DNA of 63,999 nucleotides, counting the filler, from Circinaria calcarea (lineage: Eukaryota): the NCBI GenBank assembly GCA_051942165.1. It is 9 parts of 9 records of this genome, joined end to end, with 100 filler letters (N's around TTAATTAATTAA, not from the genome) between each part and the next. Parts side by side here need not be neighbours in the genome. Positions count along the whole stretch, not along the records: positions 1 to 7,083 come from JAVECS010001412.1; positions 7,184 to 14,260 come from JAVECS010001413.1; 7 more parts are not named here. One strand, 5' to 3'. Each line of letters begins with the position of its first letter. The first letter of the stretch is position 1. Below the pieces are notes generated by a model. It saw only the letters and a list, made by a program, of their open reading frames with translations. It searched no databases and was not told the DNA's origin. A program made the translations under genes and the position numbers. Positions 1 to 13,300 of this stretch are shown in pieces.

Positions 1-609
1 GGGGAGTGCGGGACAGGAAACGTTTGGTCTTGTCGCGGTATCTGTATAACAACACCCGAACCAGCACTGACCTTCGCAGAATCACCATTGGGCTCAGAAT
101 GATCACTAACTCCCGGCCCATTGATGATTCGCTCTCCTGCAGTTATTGTATCTTCTATGGTCCGAGCGTCGACACTCCCTTGACTACCCACGGCAGCATT
201 TGAGGGGCTCGCTGTCCGTGATGGGAAGGCAGACGACGTAGCCGAGCTCCCACCATGTTTCGTGTTACTTCGACTCACTACGGCCTTTGCTAGGCGCTCC
301 TGCAGGCGGTCGTTAGTTTTACTGGTGGAAGGGGTACACGAGATGTCTGATCAGTTGCGAAGGTTAGATTGGCATTCGTGAGCAAGGGCGCATGTCCATA
401 CCCGAGCTCGATCTCGAGGTTATGATCGGCATACTTTCTATTCTTCCTGGTTGCTCCGTTGCGACTTCTTTGGGCCGTGCCGAGTTGGTTGTGGCAGTTT
501 CCTCGTCTGCTAGAATAGTGTCTAGCCTTGATTCGACCCCAGCCACAGCCTGTTGTAGAAAGGAGCCCCATCTCGAAGTGGATTTTGTAGAAGTGGGCAG
601 TGATGCCAT
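1..609 (-). CDS. Sgm1/TATA element modulatory factor (TMF1)-like golgin, 5' part; runs off the window start
   Basis: Exon 1 (609-435) MASLPTSTKSTSRWGSFLQQAVAGVESRLDTILADEE. Intron 434-347 (GTATGC..CTAAC..CAG). Exon 2 reads ISCTPSTSKTNDRLQERLAKAV. The WGSFLQQAVAGVESRLD and DRLQERLA motifs are recalled from filamentous-fungal Sgm1-like proteins. Confidence 0.7.
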
Positions 610-3600
610 TACCACGGTTCAAGCAAGTCTAGCTTTAGATTCTAGGGCTTGACGTAACTTATCTCGTTCTTCTCGCGCTGCTTCATGGTACATTCTAGCT
701 CGAAACGCAATAGCTGCTGTGACAGCTGTATGTAACAACCCTATAATGCTTGTGCTTTGTACCAGAAGACGGAAGGAAAGGTGGGAAGCTTTACCGTGTT
801 AGCCAGGTGTTGGCCCGAGCGTCATTGGTAACGGCAAGGCTGATAATCTGGGGAAAGATACGCTAGAATTGGACTAGGAAATATCGAGCATAGAGCAGAT
901 CACCATGACATCTAACCGTTGATGTGGCAAAAAATCCTCCGTAGTAGTATGACATAGTGGAATTCACTCTCGCCATAGATTACCATTTATCGAGAAAAGT
1001 TGAAAATGGTGGTTGCAGTGAGTCGATCATGTCTCAATCGACCGTCCTTCAGTAGCTGAACATCTACATTTCAGGCCGTTGGACAGCTGTGTTCGACAGC
1101 AAGTATAGCAGATGATCTGCACCAATACCAAGTCATAATCACATAAGCAGTGGCTGCTGGAGTAGAAGTCTGTTCAAGCACTCATGATATGCAATGGGCA
1201 ATCCCCTCGTCCTCATCCACTAACTCAACCGGGTCTTCTAGGCTCTTTTTGGCCCGATGCTACTGACCGGAAACTATCGCACTTGCGCTTTCGGCACAGA
1301 ATAGCGATTGTGTCAGGGGCTTACAGCACGAAGCAAGGGTGGCCGACTTGGCGATTAATATCGGCATTCACGAGCCAATATCGGATGGCAAAAGGGTGAC
1401 AACACACAGATCTGGATCGACGGCCAGGGGGATATTGTGCAGAGATATCGAAAGCTACATCTTTTTGATGTCGACATCGACGGTGGTCCCGTATTGAAGG
1501 AAAGTAGGTATGTTCGGGTTTGGTTGGTGTATCAGAAACCAGGAGCGTTAGAAGAGGCACAAGCATCTTACCCCCTTTTGAGAGTGCGGTTGGGAGGGTT
1601 GGCCTAGGTACATGCTTTGATGTATGTCAGCTCGTGATCTACATGCTCTTGAGGGAGTCCCTGTCGATCTCCGTCGTTTGGAGAACATATAGTAGAGGCA
1701 CTAGATGCTGTTCCCAGAAACCAGTCTTGCGTTGAAACGGCGAAGCGCTCAACTGATAAGTTTTCCTTCTGCGTTTACAGTCTCTACTGGACGGGCCCAC
1801 TGGGAAACCATACTCCGTGCTCGAGCGATCGAGACTCAAGCATACGTGGTTGCGGCTGCTTAGGTAGGCGTTCACAGCGAGAAGCGGAGGAGCTATGGTC
1901 ACTCGTTGATAATATCACCCTGGAGTGAAGTGGTGGCGCGACTAGGAGCTGTGGGTAAGCAACTAGAGATAGTGCGTCGCGAGATGCCATTACTGCGCAG
2001 GACGTAAGTTAACTTCCCGATAATGGTTGATGGAACCGTTGTGTTGACGTGCCATAGGGATGTATATCCTGAAGTATGAATGTAGATGATCGAGGATGTT
2101 GAGGAAATTACGGATCGCTCAAATCTCCGGTTCAGTCGGCATGCTGTCACCATTTCGGCCGTTATAATTGGGATCTCATATGAGCTTGATTAGCGCTTAT
2201 CAACGCTATTCGAAAGACATTCATTGAGGATATCAGTCTTATTAAATACTGTTACTGCAGTGAAGATTGGGTCGGCATCGCTCTTATTTTAGGAAATGAA
2301 TCTTTCGAGGCTCTAATGTCGTATATTCTTCGGAACAATCCACGGAGGCCTTCGTTATAGAGCTCGTTCCATGAGCCTACTTTGCAGTCTGGAGCACATG
2401 TCATGCTTGCAAGCCATTCTCCGATATCAGAGTAACTGTACGTATAGTCGCGTGGTTTTGACGCCGCGGGTGAAGTGAGCAGTCACAATCTGATCCGGAC
2501 CGGAAGCCGATGCACACTCGCTGCCAAACTTTTGGCAGAGCATTCGAGCAGTGCCGTTAATAATTAGCCCACACTCTGTGTTGACCATCCTCAGTATGTG
2601 GGTGCCTTGGTAATCTGCATGTTCGGTTTATTCAGGCTATCTTCGAGCATGGAGCAGCAACCATGTTAATCATTGGGACAGGTTATCATCACTACATCAT
2701 GCAGCTGCGGTTTTATTCCATGAGGACTATCTCCTAGACTCGTACCGGCCGTGCTTCATCAGACGAGAAGACAACGAAGAAGGCATGACTTGGGGAGGAG
2801 CAAGGACTCCATTGCATGATCTCGTTGGAATTGGTGAAGCTTTGCGCTTTCATATCGTCTTTTAAGCTCTGATATACTACTTGCGTGACGGTTCCAGCAA
2901 CGGATTCGTTAAAGATTCGCCAGTAGAGGTGCAGCGATGTGTGTGTTACATCCGCCGTTATCGAGACCAAGATAGTCTTTTTCGATCCGCAAACTCCAAC
3001 CGCTAGACACCATGGATACTGCAAGCTCAACCAGCTCCGTGAGCCTCAATTCCTTTTTCTCGGTTAGACAGCATCGAGAGCGAATGCCAAGTCGTCCTAA
3101 TCATCAGTGTAGGCAACATCGCGGACGTATAGTTGCTACATATCAAACTCAATATATACAGCTGTCAAGTGAGTTGCACTACAAGCCTGAATCCTGGCAA
3201 GTATCTCGACAAGATAACTAGCCGAATTAGGGGCCTCAGGGAGTTGCGGTCTACAAAGGCAAAGAGAGGTTTCCTGCCGATCGAGAGCATAGGATGGGTG
3301 TGGACGGGAGTATTCATGAACGAGCTGTTTCACGAGACTATCTACCTCCAACACCACAGGTATCATGCCACGCCCCATTTCAAAGAAACCAGCATCAAAA
3401 CCCGAAGCGTCGCAGCGCTAGGCAGGGAGGGTATCAATAAGTTACATTTAGAAGGCAATTAAGAATGTAGATCTAATGACAGATGTAGACTGCCAGGAGG
3501 ACATTATTAATTCAACTCACAAGAGTATCTGGGGGTAGATATAGGAATCCGGGAATGAAACTGAACAGAGTAGCCGTTCATGATGGATGTAGCCCATGAC

Positions 3601-6290
3601 TGGCTTAGCAACCTATTCCCCAAATTGCTCTCCTTGCTCTTTTTGATTTCCTCCTAGGCTGATTGTGCATAATTCCATTGCCCCCTTGGCCGGATGTATC
3701 TCCAAGCTCGCATGGAGCCGGTGCGACTAACAGTCGTTAATCGGATACCATATTCGGACCCAAAAAGCTGGCCTGCCAGGCATTCAGCTCGCATACGCAT
3801 AATCGTATAGGCATCCAAGCCTTGCACCGAGAAAGGGTAACAGTCTGGAGGCTTGGCTGAAGCCGAACACGTGACAAGGCCAGACCTATTGTAGTTCCGA
3901 ATAAGTTATAGTCACAAGGAAATCAATCTGGGGCCCGCTCTGTACATATAAAGTAAGTATACTTAGTATAGCTGCTATACTTAGTTGCTGTATTAAAGTA
4001 CTCAGAAATTTCCAGGGACTATATTTAATTAAGATATCGTCGTCCCCAAGTGCTGCCGGTGGCCATGCATATCTTCCCTGGACAACCCTCCTTTGGGGTG
4101 CTATTATCATCACCGCCAGGTGTCTTTCTTTTGAATCCTCTTGCGTCTACGCGCTCGTAGAACAGAATGACAACACCATGGGCCCAGTACTTAGATTGAA
4201 ACTGCCTCTGGAGTAACTGATCTATTGATACTCTGGCCGTGGGATCTTCAGAGCGAGCTCCAACCGTTAGGCCTTTTTCGACTATATCTAGAAGAGATTT
4301 AGTGTTCCGGGACTAGGGTGTTGCATGTTCTACATCTGGCTTGATTCCTATAGCGGATCTTGGATCGATGAACCATTGACGTACACAGCTGTCAAAGGCT
4401 GATAGCAGGGAACATCTCCGATCTTGACTATTTCGGGGCTCATTAGCACCGCACAGTGAGCTGTGTTATAAGCTGCAAGACACGCTTGGAAATGCTCAAG
4501 TCGCCTGTTGATGCACGTGTGACGAATGGACAATTCCCAATTAGATCCGATTGCGCTAATAAAACTTTGCTCGTGGGGTTTAAGGCTCTTGATCCATTGC
4601 TGACGGTGTCTACCAAGGCAGTCTGTCCGTCCTAAGCTCACATCGAGTAATCTTTCTACAATCAAAACACAATAAAACGAGCAGGAATTATTGTTCCACA
4701 CAGGGCCTCTGCCTCGCAGAGGGTAAGGATTACCGCTGGGACCAACAAAGAAATCCCGAGTTTGCTCTCAGCCTCTTTGAGTACCGTTGGTGTCCCCTGA
4801 TCTCGGTGTACTCTTGATAATTATAAACTTAATTGGAAGGGCTTGAATTCCTGGGTCTTCTTCCTCGTTGAACGCTGTGGCCATCGTGAGCTATGCCTTT
4901 GTAGTCTGGCTATTACGGAGGACCACGGCGCCCGGAACATCAACATCTGCAGCACGTGGGTGAGAAGTAGGCAATGGCTCAGTCTCGAACAGATGTACAT
5001 CATCTGTCTTCCCCCTAGCTATGTTCTTTACCCTTTTTGTAGTTAACACAGGTTGTCGAGCATCGACCAGGTTCACGCCTGCATCAAACCCCATCTGCTT
5101 ATTTGCATGAGTAGCTGGTTGTATGATTAGTGGGCAAAGAACTACTTGAATAAGATGATTACATAGGTCAATGGTAATCTTGTATCCCACCAAATAAACG
5201 ATGGCATCCCATACCACGTTTAGTTGACGTTGTGCAGACGTCTCAAGATGATAACAGTATGATTAAGCATTATAAACGCAGGAGCTAGCTTGTTAAGAGG
5301 TAGGTGTATGTCCAATCGAGTGAATATAACGGCAGTAGCGAACAAGATAGCGTAAACTTGAAGGAAGGTAACAACAACTGGGACTTGCGTCTGGATACTC
5401 TGGTATTTAGCTCAACTTGCAGGTGTAAGGAAAGCAAGCAACAGGAGCAAATTGGCAAAGTAGGAATACCAACCGGATCCGGCACCATGAACAAACAAAT
5501 GGTCATGAACAAGTTCTAGGTGTGTAGCGACGCAACTACAGCTGAAGATGCGCTCTGGCTGTAGTCGCAAGAGGAAGAAAGGAGGAATGAAAACACGATC
5601 TCTCAACATGACTCCGAGACTCGGCAATCGTAGCCGCCACTAGAGGCCATCATGACATTGATCTACAAGGAGGGACGCAAAGACAGTCCACATGCATGCA
5701 TTAAGGTGGCTTCAAGCCGCGAGGAGCGCGAGTGCTGCTGTCGCGAGTCTTCCGAGCGACGGAGCTGGCTCTGAATAGATGAAACCGACCGAGAGTGGTA
5801 TCTAGGAGGCCGAGTACACTATACGGACTCCGGATGGAAGACGAAAGGCAAAGGGAGTTCGGACGTCCAGGGTCCGGGTGGTCTAGCGTAGGGCTAGCGA
5901 CCTGTTTGTATCCTCCCGGAAGCTTTGGTCGAAACAACATCAACCGTAATACAGTAAACCTAGAAACTCAACAAGTCGGATCTTAACGAGAACTTGGGTA
6001 TAGCGGAATTTCTTGATCGTGTATCAAGTAAGGAGTATGACAGGGGCTATATGCACAAGGCAAATATTATGGCATAAGTCTCTGCATAATTCAAGTTTTA
6101 TACGGTACAAGTACCCCGCTATTCACTCAGCCCTATCTGACTTTCAATGAGAACTGGATGATAACGAGATAAATCTTTGGCTTTTCAACTCGTTATATCC
6201 AAGCTTTACTGTATTCCCACGGCCATCTCTACCTCGAGAGCTTCCACACTCCGACATCACGTCTTCCCCGCATCGCCGAGCCTATCCATC

Positions 6291-7083
6291 ATGCCTCCGG
6301 TGGCTGGCCAAGTAAGAGGACTCGTTGATTGGGATCAACGCTCCCTCCTTGGTGGGTCTGACCGGCAGACTTCCTCTTCCCACGTCGCCCCATTCACGCC
6401 ACATAGTTACCGCCCTTTCAATCGCCTTTAACCCCATCTTCTGGAAGTAAGGCTCCATCCTCAGTTGGGTCCTCTCCTGCATCGCTCACTGCCTTCGCAG
6501 TACTATCGCTCGCCAAGGTACTGATGGACCTAACCTCACCCTTCACCCTAGCCGTCCTCACCTTGGAAGACGTGACACTGAAGAGGGCCCCGTGCAGAAT
6601 ACCATCACAAGGTCCTTAGCCGCCTCTTCAATGGCAACTCGCGACTGGCATGCTACGCTCTCGCTGCGACGATCTTCGCCATCGGTATATTCAGAGACAG
6701 CCTGTAAATCCCCTTCCCGCGAGGCCTTGGCCGACGGCTAAGACCCGAGGTCCGAACCTAGCTATGAACGAGCGCTCCGCGATCAACCGTCGCATCCTCT
6801 GCTCCAAACGTCCGTCTCAAACTACATTGCTTACATTCTGATCACCAGCGGCAATGTCCTCGTCCTTAGCAGCATGTGGGCTCTCGGCTTGACCGGCACT
6901 TACCTAGGTGATTATTTCGGAATCCTCATGGATCACCGCGTTACCTCATTCCCATTCAGCATCACGGATGCACCGATGTACTACGGGTCGACGCTATCCT
7001 TCCTAGGCACGGCCATCCTATATGGAAAGCCGGCGGGGATACTGTTGACGGCCGAGGTCCTGGTCGTTTACTTGGTCGCGTTA
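6291..7083 (+). CDS. OPI3: Phosphatidyl-N-methylethanolamine N-methyltransferase (Opi3/PEM2), 3'-truncated by the contig end
   Basis: Five spliced exons give IAFNPIFWN-TIARQ-EYHHKVLS...MWALGLTGTYLGDYFGILMDHRVTSFPF..APMYYGSTLSFLG, the PEMT family signature. Includes a 17-nt micro-exon at 6501-6517. Confidence 0.93.
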
Positions 7084-7183
7084 NNNNNNNNNNNNNNNNN
7101 NNNNNNNNNNNNNNNNNNNNNNNNNNNTTAATTAATTAANNNNNNNNNNNNNNNNNNNNNNNNNNNNNNNNNNNNNNNNNNNN
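7084..7183. other. Artificial contig linker (N44-TTAATTAATTAA-N44)
   Basis: 100-nt spacer with stop codons in all six frames. Identical copies recur about every 7.17 kb. Confidence 0.99.
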
Positions 7184-8182
7184 AGGCAACGGTGTTTGAT
7201 GGGGATTTTTTGAGGGGGTCAGGGGGGTTTGATGTGATTTTCGAGTTAGTGGAGCAGAGAGCAAATTGCAGTGAAAGACAGAAGGAGGGATAGGATGGCT
7301 CGGCAGAAAACGTACTACGTTCACCACTTAGAAATAAGAGGATGCTGAAAAGCAAACATGTATGCCAGAGGCTTGTTGATTAAAAAGAGCGTGTAAGTTA
7401 GAAGTATCGCCTGAGACCCCAAGATGGCACAGTGCTTGTCGTTACAGCACTCTGAAACGTCATTTTGGCTTTTTTTTTCCCGGTCTTTGGGAAATGAGAC
7501 ATTAACCAGCGGCCAGCCGCTAGCCCCCTCCTCCCCCTTGTTCCGCTCTCCATCTTTCTTCCGTGCGAGGATCCCATTAGCCGGCCACTCGCTCCAGCCT
7601 AATAGAAAAAACGTAAAAGCTTGAGGAAGAACCCAATAATGAACATGGCGAAGGTAGTTGATATCATGGTCTCGGCTAGGGGTTCGTGAGCTTCGGTTCT
7701 CCCTATGGCCTGGTCCGTAATGTTGCGGTGATCATTGTGCGCGACTGGCAATGCGGCTCGAGCTTCAAATGTGGGTGCATTTATGATCGTGATACCAGGC
7801 AGTTGATGGATGTGGGTTTGGTGGAGCTGTGTCTCTCCGCAGCTGAGTATCACCAGGCGGGAATGGATCGCTGGGGAGGGAGGAACGGTTAGAGGAAGGG
7901 TCGATGTCCAGTTGAAGGGTAGGCCAAGTTGGGATAATGCAAGCATCGTGAAGAGGGAGGGAAAATCGATTTTGCGAATGATATAATGTGCTGAAGAGAA
8001 AAGGCGAAAAATCGAAGAAGTATTATGAATTGGTAGGTAAGTGATATGTATGATGTGAAAGCAGACTGAAGAGAAAATCTGCGCGAAGAGGGTGGTATTA
8101 TAGAAGATGTCGACAATTCGATTTCCATCCACTTCATTCGTCTAAACGTATCCAACATCTACCATAAGAAACTGGTCAAGTC

Positions 8183-10078
8183 TCAAATGTCGCTAACTTC
8201 ACTAGCACTTTCCTCGGTTTCTTGTCCCTTTTTCTTCTTCATTCTCTTTCCTTTTCCCTTGCCTTTCGCCTTCTCAGCAGCTTGACGATCTTTCTCCTGT
8301 TTTCGATCATATTGTTCCTGATTTTTCTTTCTTTCTTCTTCTCCTTGTGCAGCAATACTTGTCTCTAAAGATTTGAACTCTTCTCCACTGGGGTCCATGC
8401 CAATCAGACTCTCGAGAAGCTTTATTTCCTTGGCCCAAATACTTTTATCTTCAATATCTTTACCGTCAGCATCTTTCCTTTCGATCGGGGTTTCGAGAAC
8501 TATAGGCAGGCCTTCAAATCTGGGTTCGTTCATGATGTTATGAAATGCCCGTAGGCCGAGGAAGCCAGTACCTATGTTTTGGTGCAAGTCTCTGTGACTA
8601 TTGAAAGGGGCCTTTGAGTCATTAACATGCAGAGCGCTGAGATAATTGATACCAACCACGTCGTCAAAGTGGTCAATCGTTTTTTTAAAGGCCTCGGGCG
8701 TTCGGAGATCGTATCCTGCAACAAAAGAGTGGCATGTGTCGATACACACACCGATGCGTGTCTTATCTTCTACTTGCTCGATGATGTCTCGAAGGTCTTC
8801 GAACGTTCCCCCGATGACATTGCCCTTCCCGGCCATGTTCTCCAGGACTGGTCTGACGGTCTTTGTTTCTGCATGAGCCCGATTGAGGGCCTGTGCGATA
8901 CGAGCGATGGCAGAAGGACGAGAAGCAGGACCAGTATTCCCAGGGTGAAAGTTGTAGAGCTTGATACCGAGAGATTCGCATCGTTGAAGGTCTTCAAGAA
9001 AAGCATCATAGGCTTGCTTCGCTCTGTCGGGGTCTTCTTGGGCAAGGTTGACAAGATAAGACCCGTGTGGCAAGATAAACCTAAGGAAGACGTTATTACA
9101 TGGAGGCCTTCTAATACTACAAGTGGTAGTGTTGAGCTTACTTTGCAGAATCGTACTTATGGTCCTGGCAGAAAAGCTTGAACTGATCCCGATGCTCATC
9201 TTGCATGGGAGGATTCTCCCATTTGCGCTGAGATTTAAGAAACAAGGCGAACGAATTCCCACTGGAATGAGATTAGTGGCATATAACCAGTCTGTAGGGA
9301 AAAATTGGTCCTACCCAATATGCACGGCATTAGTGACAGCATTATGTACTCCTACATGAACATTTATCTTAGTCATATTGTAACTATTTACAAATGTTAT
9401 ACACTTCAAAAACTCAGCAGCGTAAAACAAACCTTTCGCAGCGCTCACGTGAGCCCCTATAAACATCTGTAACCCGACGGTTCGAGCAGCCAGCGGCATG
9501 GCTTCTGCCTCTTTCTCCTCCTTCGTCTTCCTGCACCTTTTGACCTTCTTTGGTATATCCTCTACGTTCTCGCCGTCTACGCTCTGGTCACCTCCAGCTT
9601 CCTCGTGTCCAGCCTCCTGTAGCTTCTTCACTGTCTTCTTGACCTTGATCTTGTCCTCTGCTGTATCTAATTTTCTAGCCCTCGATCTCTTGTTGGTCGG
9701 CGTATGCTTCGTCTCCGATTTTTCTAGCTGAATGTTTGACTCAATAGCCTGAACACGGTCAATCTCAGCCTCGGATTTTGTGACTATCTTGGCTTTTCGG
9801 GTCACCCGAGCGCGTGAAGTAGGACTGTCTTTTTCAAGGCTCTCTTTAAAGGCCTCGACTTGGGCGATTTTTATCCTTTTCCTTGGGAAGTTGACATCTG
9901 TCAGAGCTTGTGTTACTCTCTTGCAGCTCTTAGATTCCTGTTGCATAGGCGCATTTGCGGTCGCTAGGCCGGGCTCCTCAAATATTGCGTTCTCTTCATC
10001 GACACTTTCTGGGGATGACAGACTCGAGTCAGAGCTGAGTTCTATCGAAATTTGTTTTCCGATAGCTTTACGAGACAT
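8183..10078 (-). CDS. APN1: AP endonuclease Apn1 (endonuclease IV family) with a long charged N-terminal extension
   Basis: Exons 10078-9433, 9351-9315, 9261-9142, 9080-8183, all introns GT..AG. Motifs IGAHVSAAKGVHNAV, FALFLKSQRKW, PHGSYLVNL, YNFHPG, LENMAG, CIDTCH, HVNDSK, HRDLHQNIG, LETP. Confidence 0.96.
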
Positions 10079-10358
10079 TTTCCATTGCTTGGGAAAGTCA
10101 AAACAGAAGTTGATTGGTGGTTTGGCAGACAACAGCTCAAAGTTACAGAGTACATTCTGTGCACGCCGCTGTGAGATTCACCGTTCGCGGCGTCAATTAA
10201 CCCTGACTAGCGCGCCGGTCGTACTAACCGGATTTGAGCTCGATGTAAACATTGAATCAAACATCAACATCTTTCAACTCCAAACCTCCAAAACAGTCAC
10301 CTCCGCTTCTTTTAAGCATCAGCCCTACTTGTATAGCGGGTTCTCAATAGCTAACATC

Positions 10359-13300
10359 ATGTCAATCACAGAAGATCTGATCAATTTTGACATTATTGAG
10401 ACACATAAGGAAAACATCCAGTCACTTCCGGGGGGCCGCTCAGCAAAAGCATTGGCATCCGCCTTTGCTCCTCGTTCGCTATTTTCGCCCGTACCAACAC
10501 CAGGGGAAACAAGAAATCTTAATGATACAATTCGACAAGAGTATGAGCTGGAAATCATTGCTATTTCAGATTCAGATGACCCGCTGGACATCTACGATCG
10601 ATACGTTAAATGGACGTTGAATGCGTATCCTTCGACGCAAGCAACACCCGAATCGCAACTAAGACCACTACTTGAACGTGCAACAAAGGCTTTTCAGGCA
10701 GCTGCTCACTATAAAAACGACCCGCGATACCTGAAGCTATGGCTCACATACATTCGCCTCTTTTCGGACGCCCCGAGAGAAACATTCGCTTACCTTGCAA
10801 GACACAACATTGGAGAAGGGCTAGCACTTTTCTACGAAGAGTTCGCGGCATGGCTTGAAGGTGCCGGAAGATGGTCACAGGCAGAAGAGGTGTATAAGTT
10901 AGGAATTGAGCGCGAAGCCAGACCAACAGAGCGCTTACTTCGGAAATTTGGGGAATTTCAGCATAGATTCGAACAACGACCTCGAGATGCAGACGAACCT
11001 TCGTCGCCTGCTCTACCGACAATACGTCCAGCTTTGGTAGCTAAACTAGATCCATTTGCTTCATCAACGCCGGTGCCTACCGATCCTCAAGCTTCCAGAC
11101 TTGCTTCTGCAGTCAGTAGCTCTTCAACTTCGCGGTCCGGGCGACAGAAAATTGCCATATTTTCTGATGCAGATGCGCCTGCTTCAAATGCTAAGTTAGG
11201 TCTTGGGGAAACTTCGAAGGGCTGGGATAATATTGGGTCGATAAAAGATCGGAAAAAGGAGAACACCATGGAGGCAAGGCCCTGGGTAGGGGAGACTCTC
11301 AAGGCGGGAAAGAAAATAGGCGCAGCCCCTAAACTGATGGTCTTTAAAGATGCTGTAAGTTGCCTTCCTCTTCTGACAACATGTTCATCTATTTACGATA
11401 ACAGGACTAATTGGTGGCGTGTTTGGCAATTTTTGTTTAAACAGTCGGTATCTACTATTACAGATACAAATGAAACACATTTTCCAGCGCTTGCAGACCA
11501 GCAACAAGTCCCAAATCCTAAGACTGGCAAGATTGACCGAGTATTCGTGAACCTTGAAGCGGTGTATCCCAACCGCGACAATCCTAACGAGGAATATAGT
11601 TTTGAGGAACTCAGAGCCAAGAGTAGAGGGTGGCTTGAAATGCGATGGGCCAAGGAGCAGGAAGAGGAAGTGGTAGACGACACGGGCTCATCGGCTGAAC
11701 GATATCCCTTACGTGAGTTACCGGAGTTCGAGACCGAAGAGCTTGTTGATCTCGGTGCGAAAGAATCTAAAAAGAAAGGCTTAACCGTGTTTAACGATGA
11801 GAATGAGCACATCTCACGTGAGACTGTTCACACTAAGGAGGCAGTCCGCGAGGTTAACAACGGGCGGCTAAAAAAGATGAAGGTTATGGAGGTAAAGGGG
11901 GAAACGCAGACCAGTAAGCTTACCTACAGGCTGTACAGGAAATGGTGAAATTGCTAATATACGCTAGTCAAAACAAACCTTGACTCTCCTACAGGGCCTA
12001 AATTGAAACGCAAGAACTCCGCGGAGCCAACTATGACCCTCCACACAAGAGCAGCGACCGATGATATTCTCGACATCTTCAACCAGCCATTGAGAAATCT
12101 AGGCCCTATTGGGAGTCATCCAGACAGTGGTGGCGAGAGTGATTATGACGATGATGACTACACAAGCGCCGGAGAAAGCACTGGTACAGGGAGAGTATCT
12201 ACCACAACCGATATCAGAGACAATGAAACTGGCATAGGAGGATTTAGCCTCCCAGAAGTGACTGAAGCGAGAAGTGTAGGCGAGTGGTCTGACTTTACCA
12301 GTAGCAAGCACATACCCAACGGAGAAGAGATTGAGCTAGATGAGAATATCAGGGATTGTTTGGACAAAATCCAGATCAGTGATCGAGAGCGTCCAGCTCA
12401 TAACCAAGACGAAGAAGAACTGGTGACACCGGTATCACCAAAATCCAAGACCTCGTCCTTACAACCCAAATTTGTCCCTATACCACCCGAAGATTATGAC
12501 GCGCCTGTCGGACCGTACCGTGATGCTTTGCAATTGGGCCAGAATCGGCTTCCGTTCATGACACCCATTGTTGAGAAGACGGAATCATCAATGGTCTTGC
12601 CAACTGGTCGAGAAGAAAAGGACTATTTCAGCTCGAAGACCCCTTCGCGACGAAAAGGTGAAAAAACTCCAACAATTCCTGACATAGATGATGTGCTACT
12701 CAGCAGTCCTTTCCAGGAGATAGTGAACGACGCTAGCGTCGACCGTCAGAACGTCCGTCAGGTAGAACATGTATTGAAACCCGAGACAAGGAAGATTGGT
12801 ACTTCTTCCAAGAAGCCAGCCCCCAGGAAGGAGGGGAAGGGGCCCATCATAAAAGACTTGCAGTGCAACCCTGTTGACGAGTCTATTCGCAAGACGATAC
12901 TTGACAATCTTCAGGTATCATTATCAACGTACGATGGCTTCCATGATTACAGACCACAGACATTCAACAAGGCGCCGGAAATCCGTAAGTTCATCAAGGC
13001 TCTGGCCAAAGTGTCAAAAAACGCTTCAGAGAGAACGACGACGAACCTCTCTATACCTCCAACTATCCGCTTTCCTCATCCAAGCAGCAAACCCTACACC
13101 ATTAAGCGAGAACTCGGAAAAGGTGCCTTTGCGCCCGTCTATCTTGCCGAACAGGTCACCACTGGTAACAATGTGAATGACGACGAATACGTACTAGTAG
13201 AACCCTCATCGCTCCAAGACTCCCGAAACCCCCTTCAACCTCGCTTCTCGGCCATAAAATGCGAATCCCCACCCACGCCCTGGGAGTTCTACATCATGTC

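Noticed and set aside
7599..8158. 177-aa and 89-aa minus-strand ORFs downstream of APN1
   Set aside because: No recognisable motifs, and the composition reflects purine/pyrimidine-skewed non-coding DNA.
9780..10358. 193-aa N-terminal extension of BUB1 in the ORF track, overlapping APN1
   Set aside because: It starts at GTG and is partly antisense to APN1 exon 1. The conserved Bub1/Mad3 N-terminus begins at ATG 10359.
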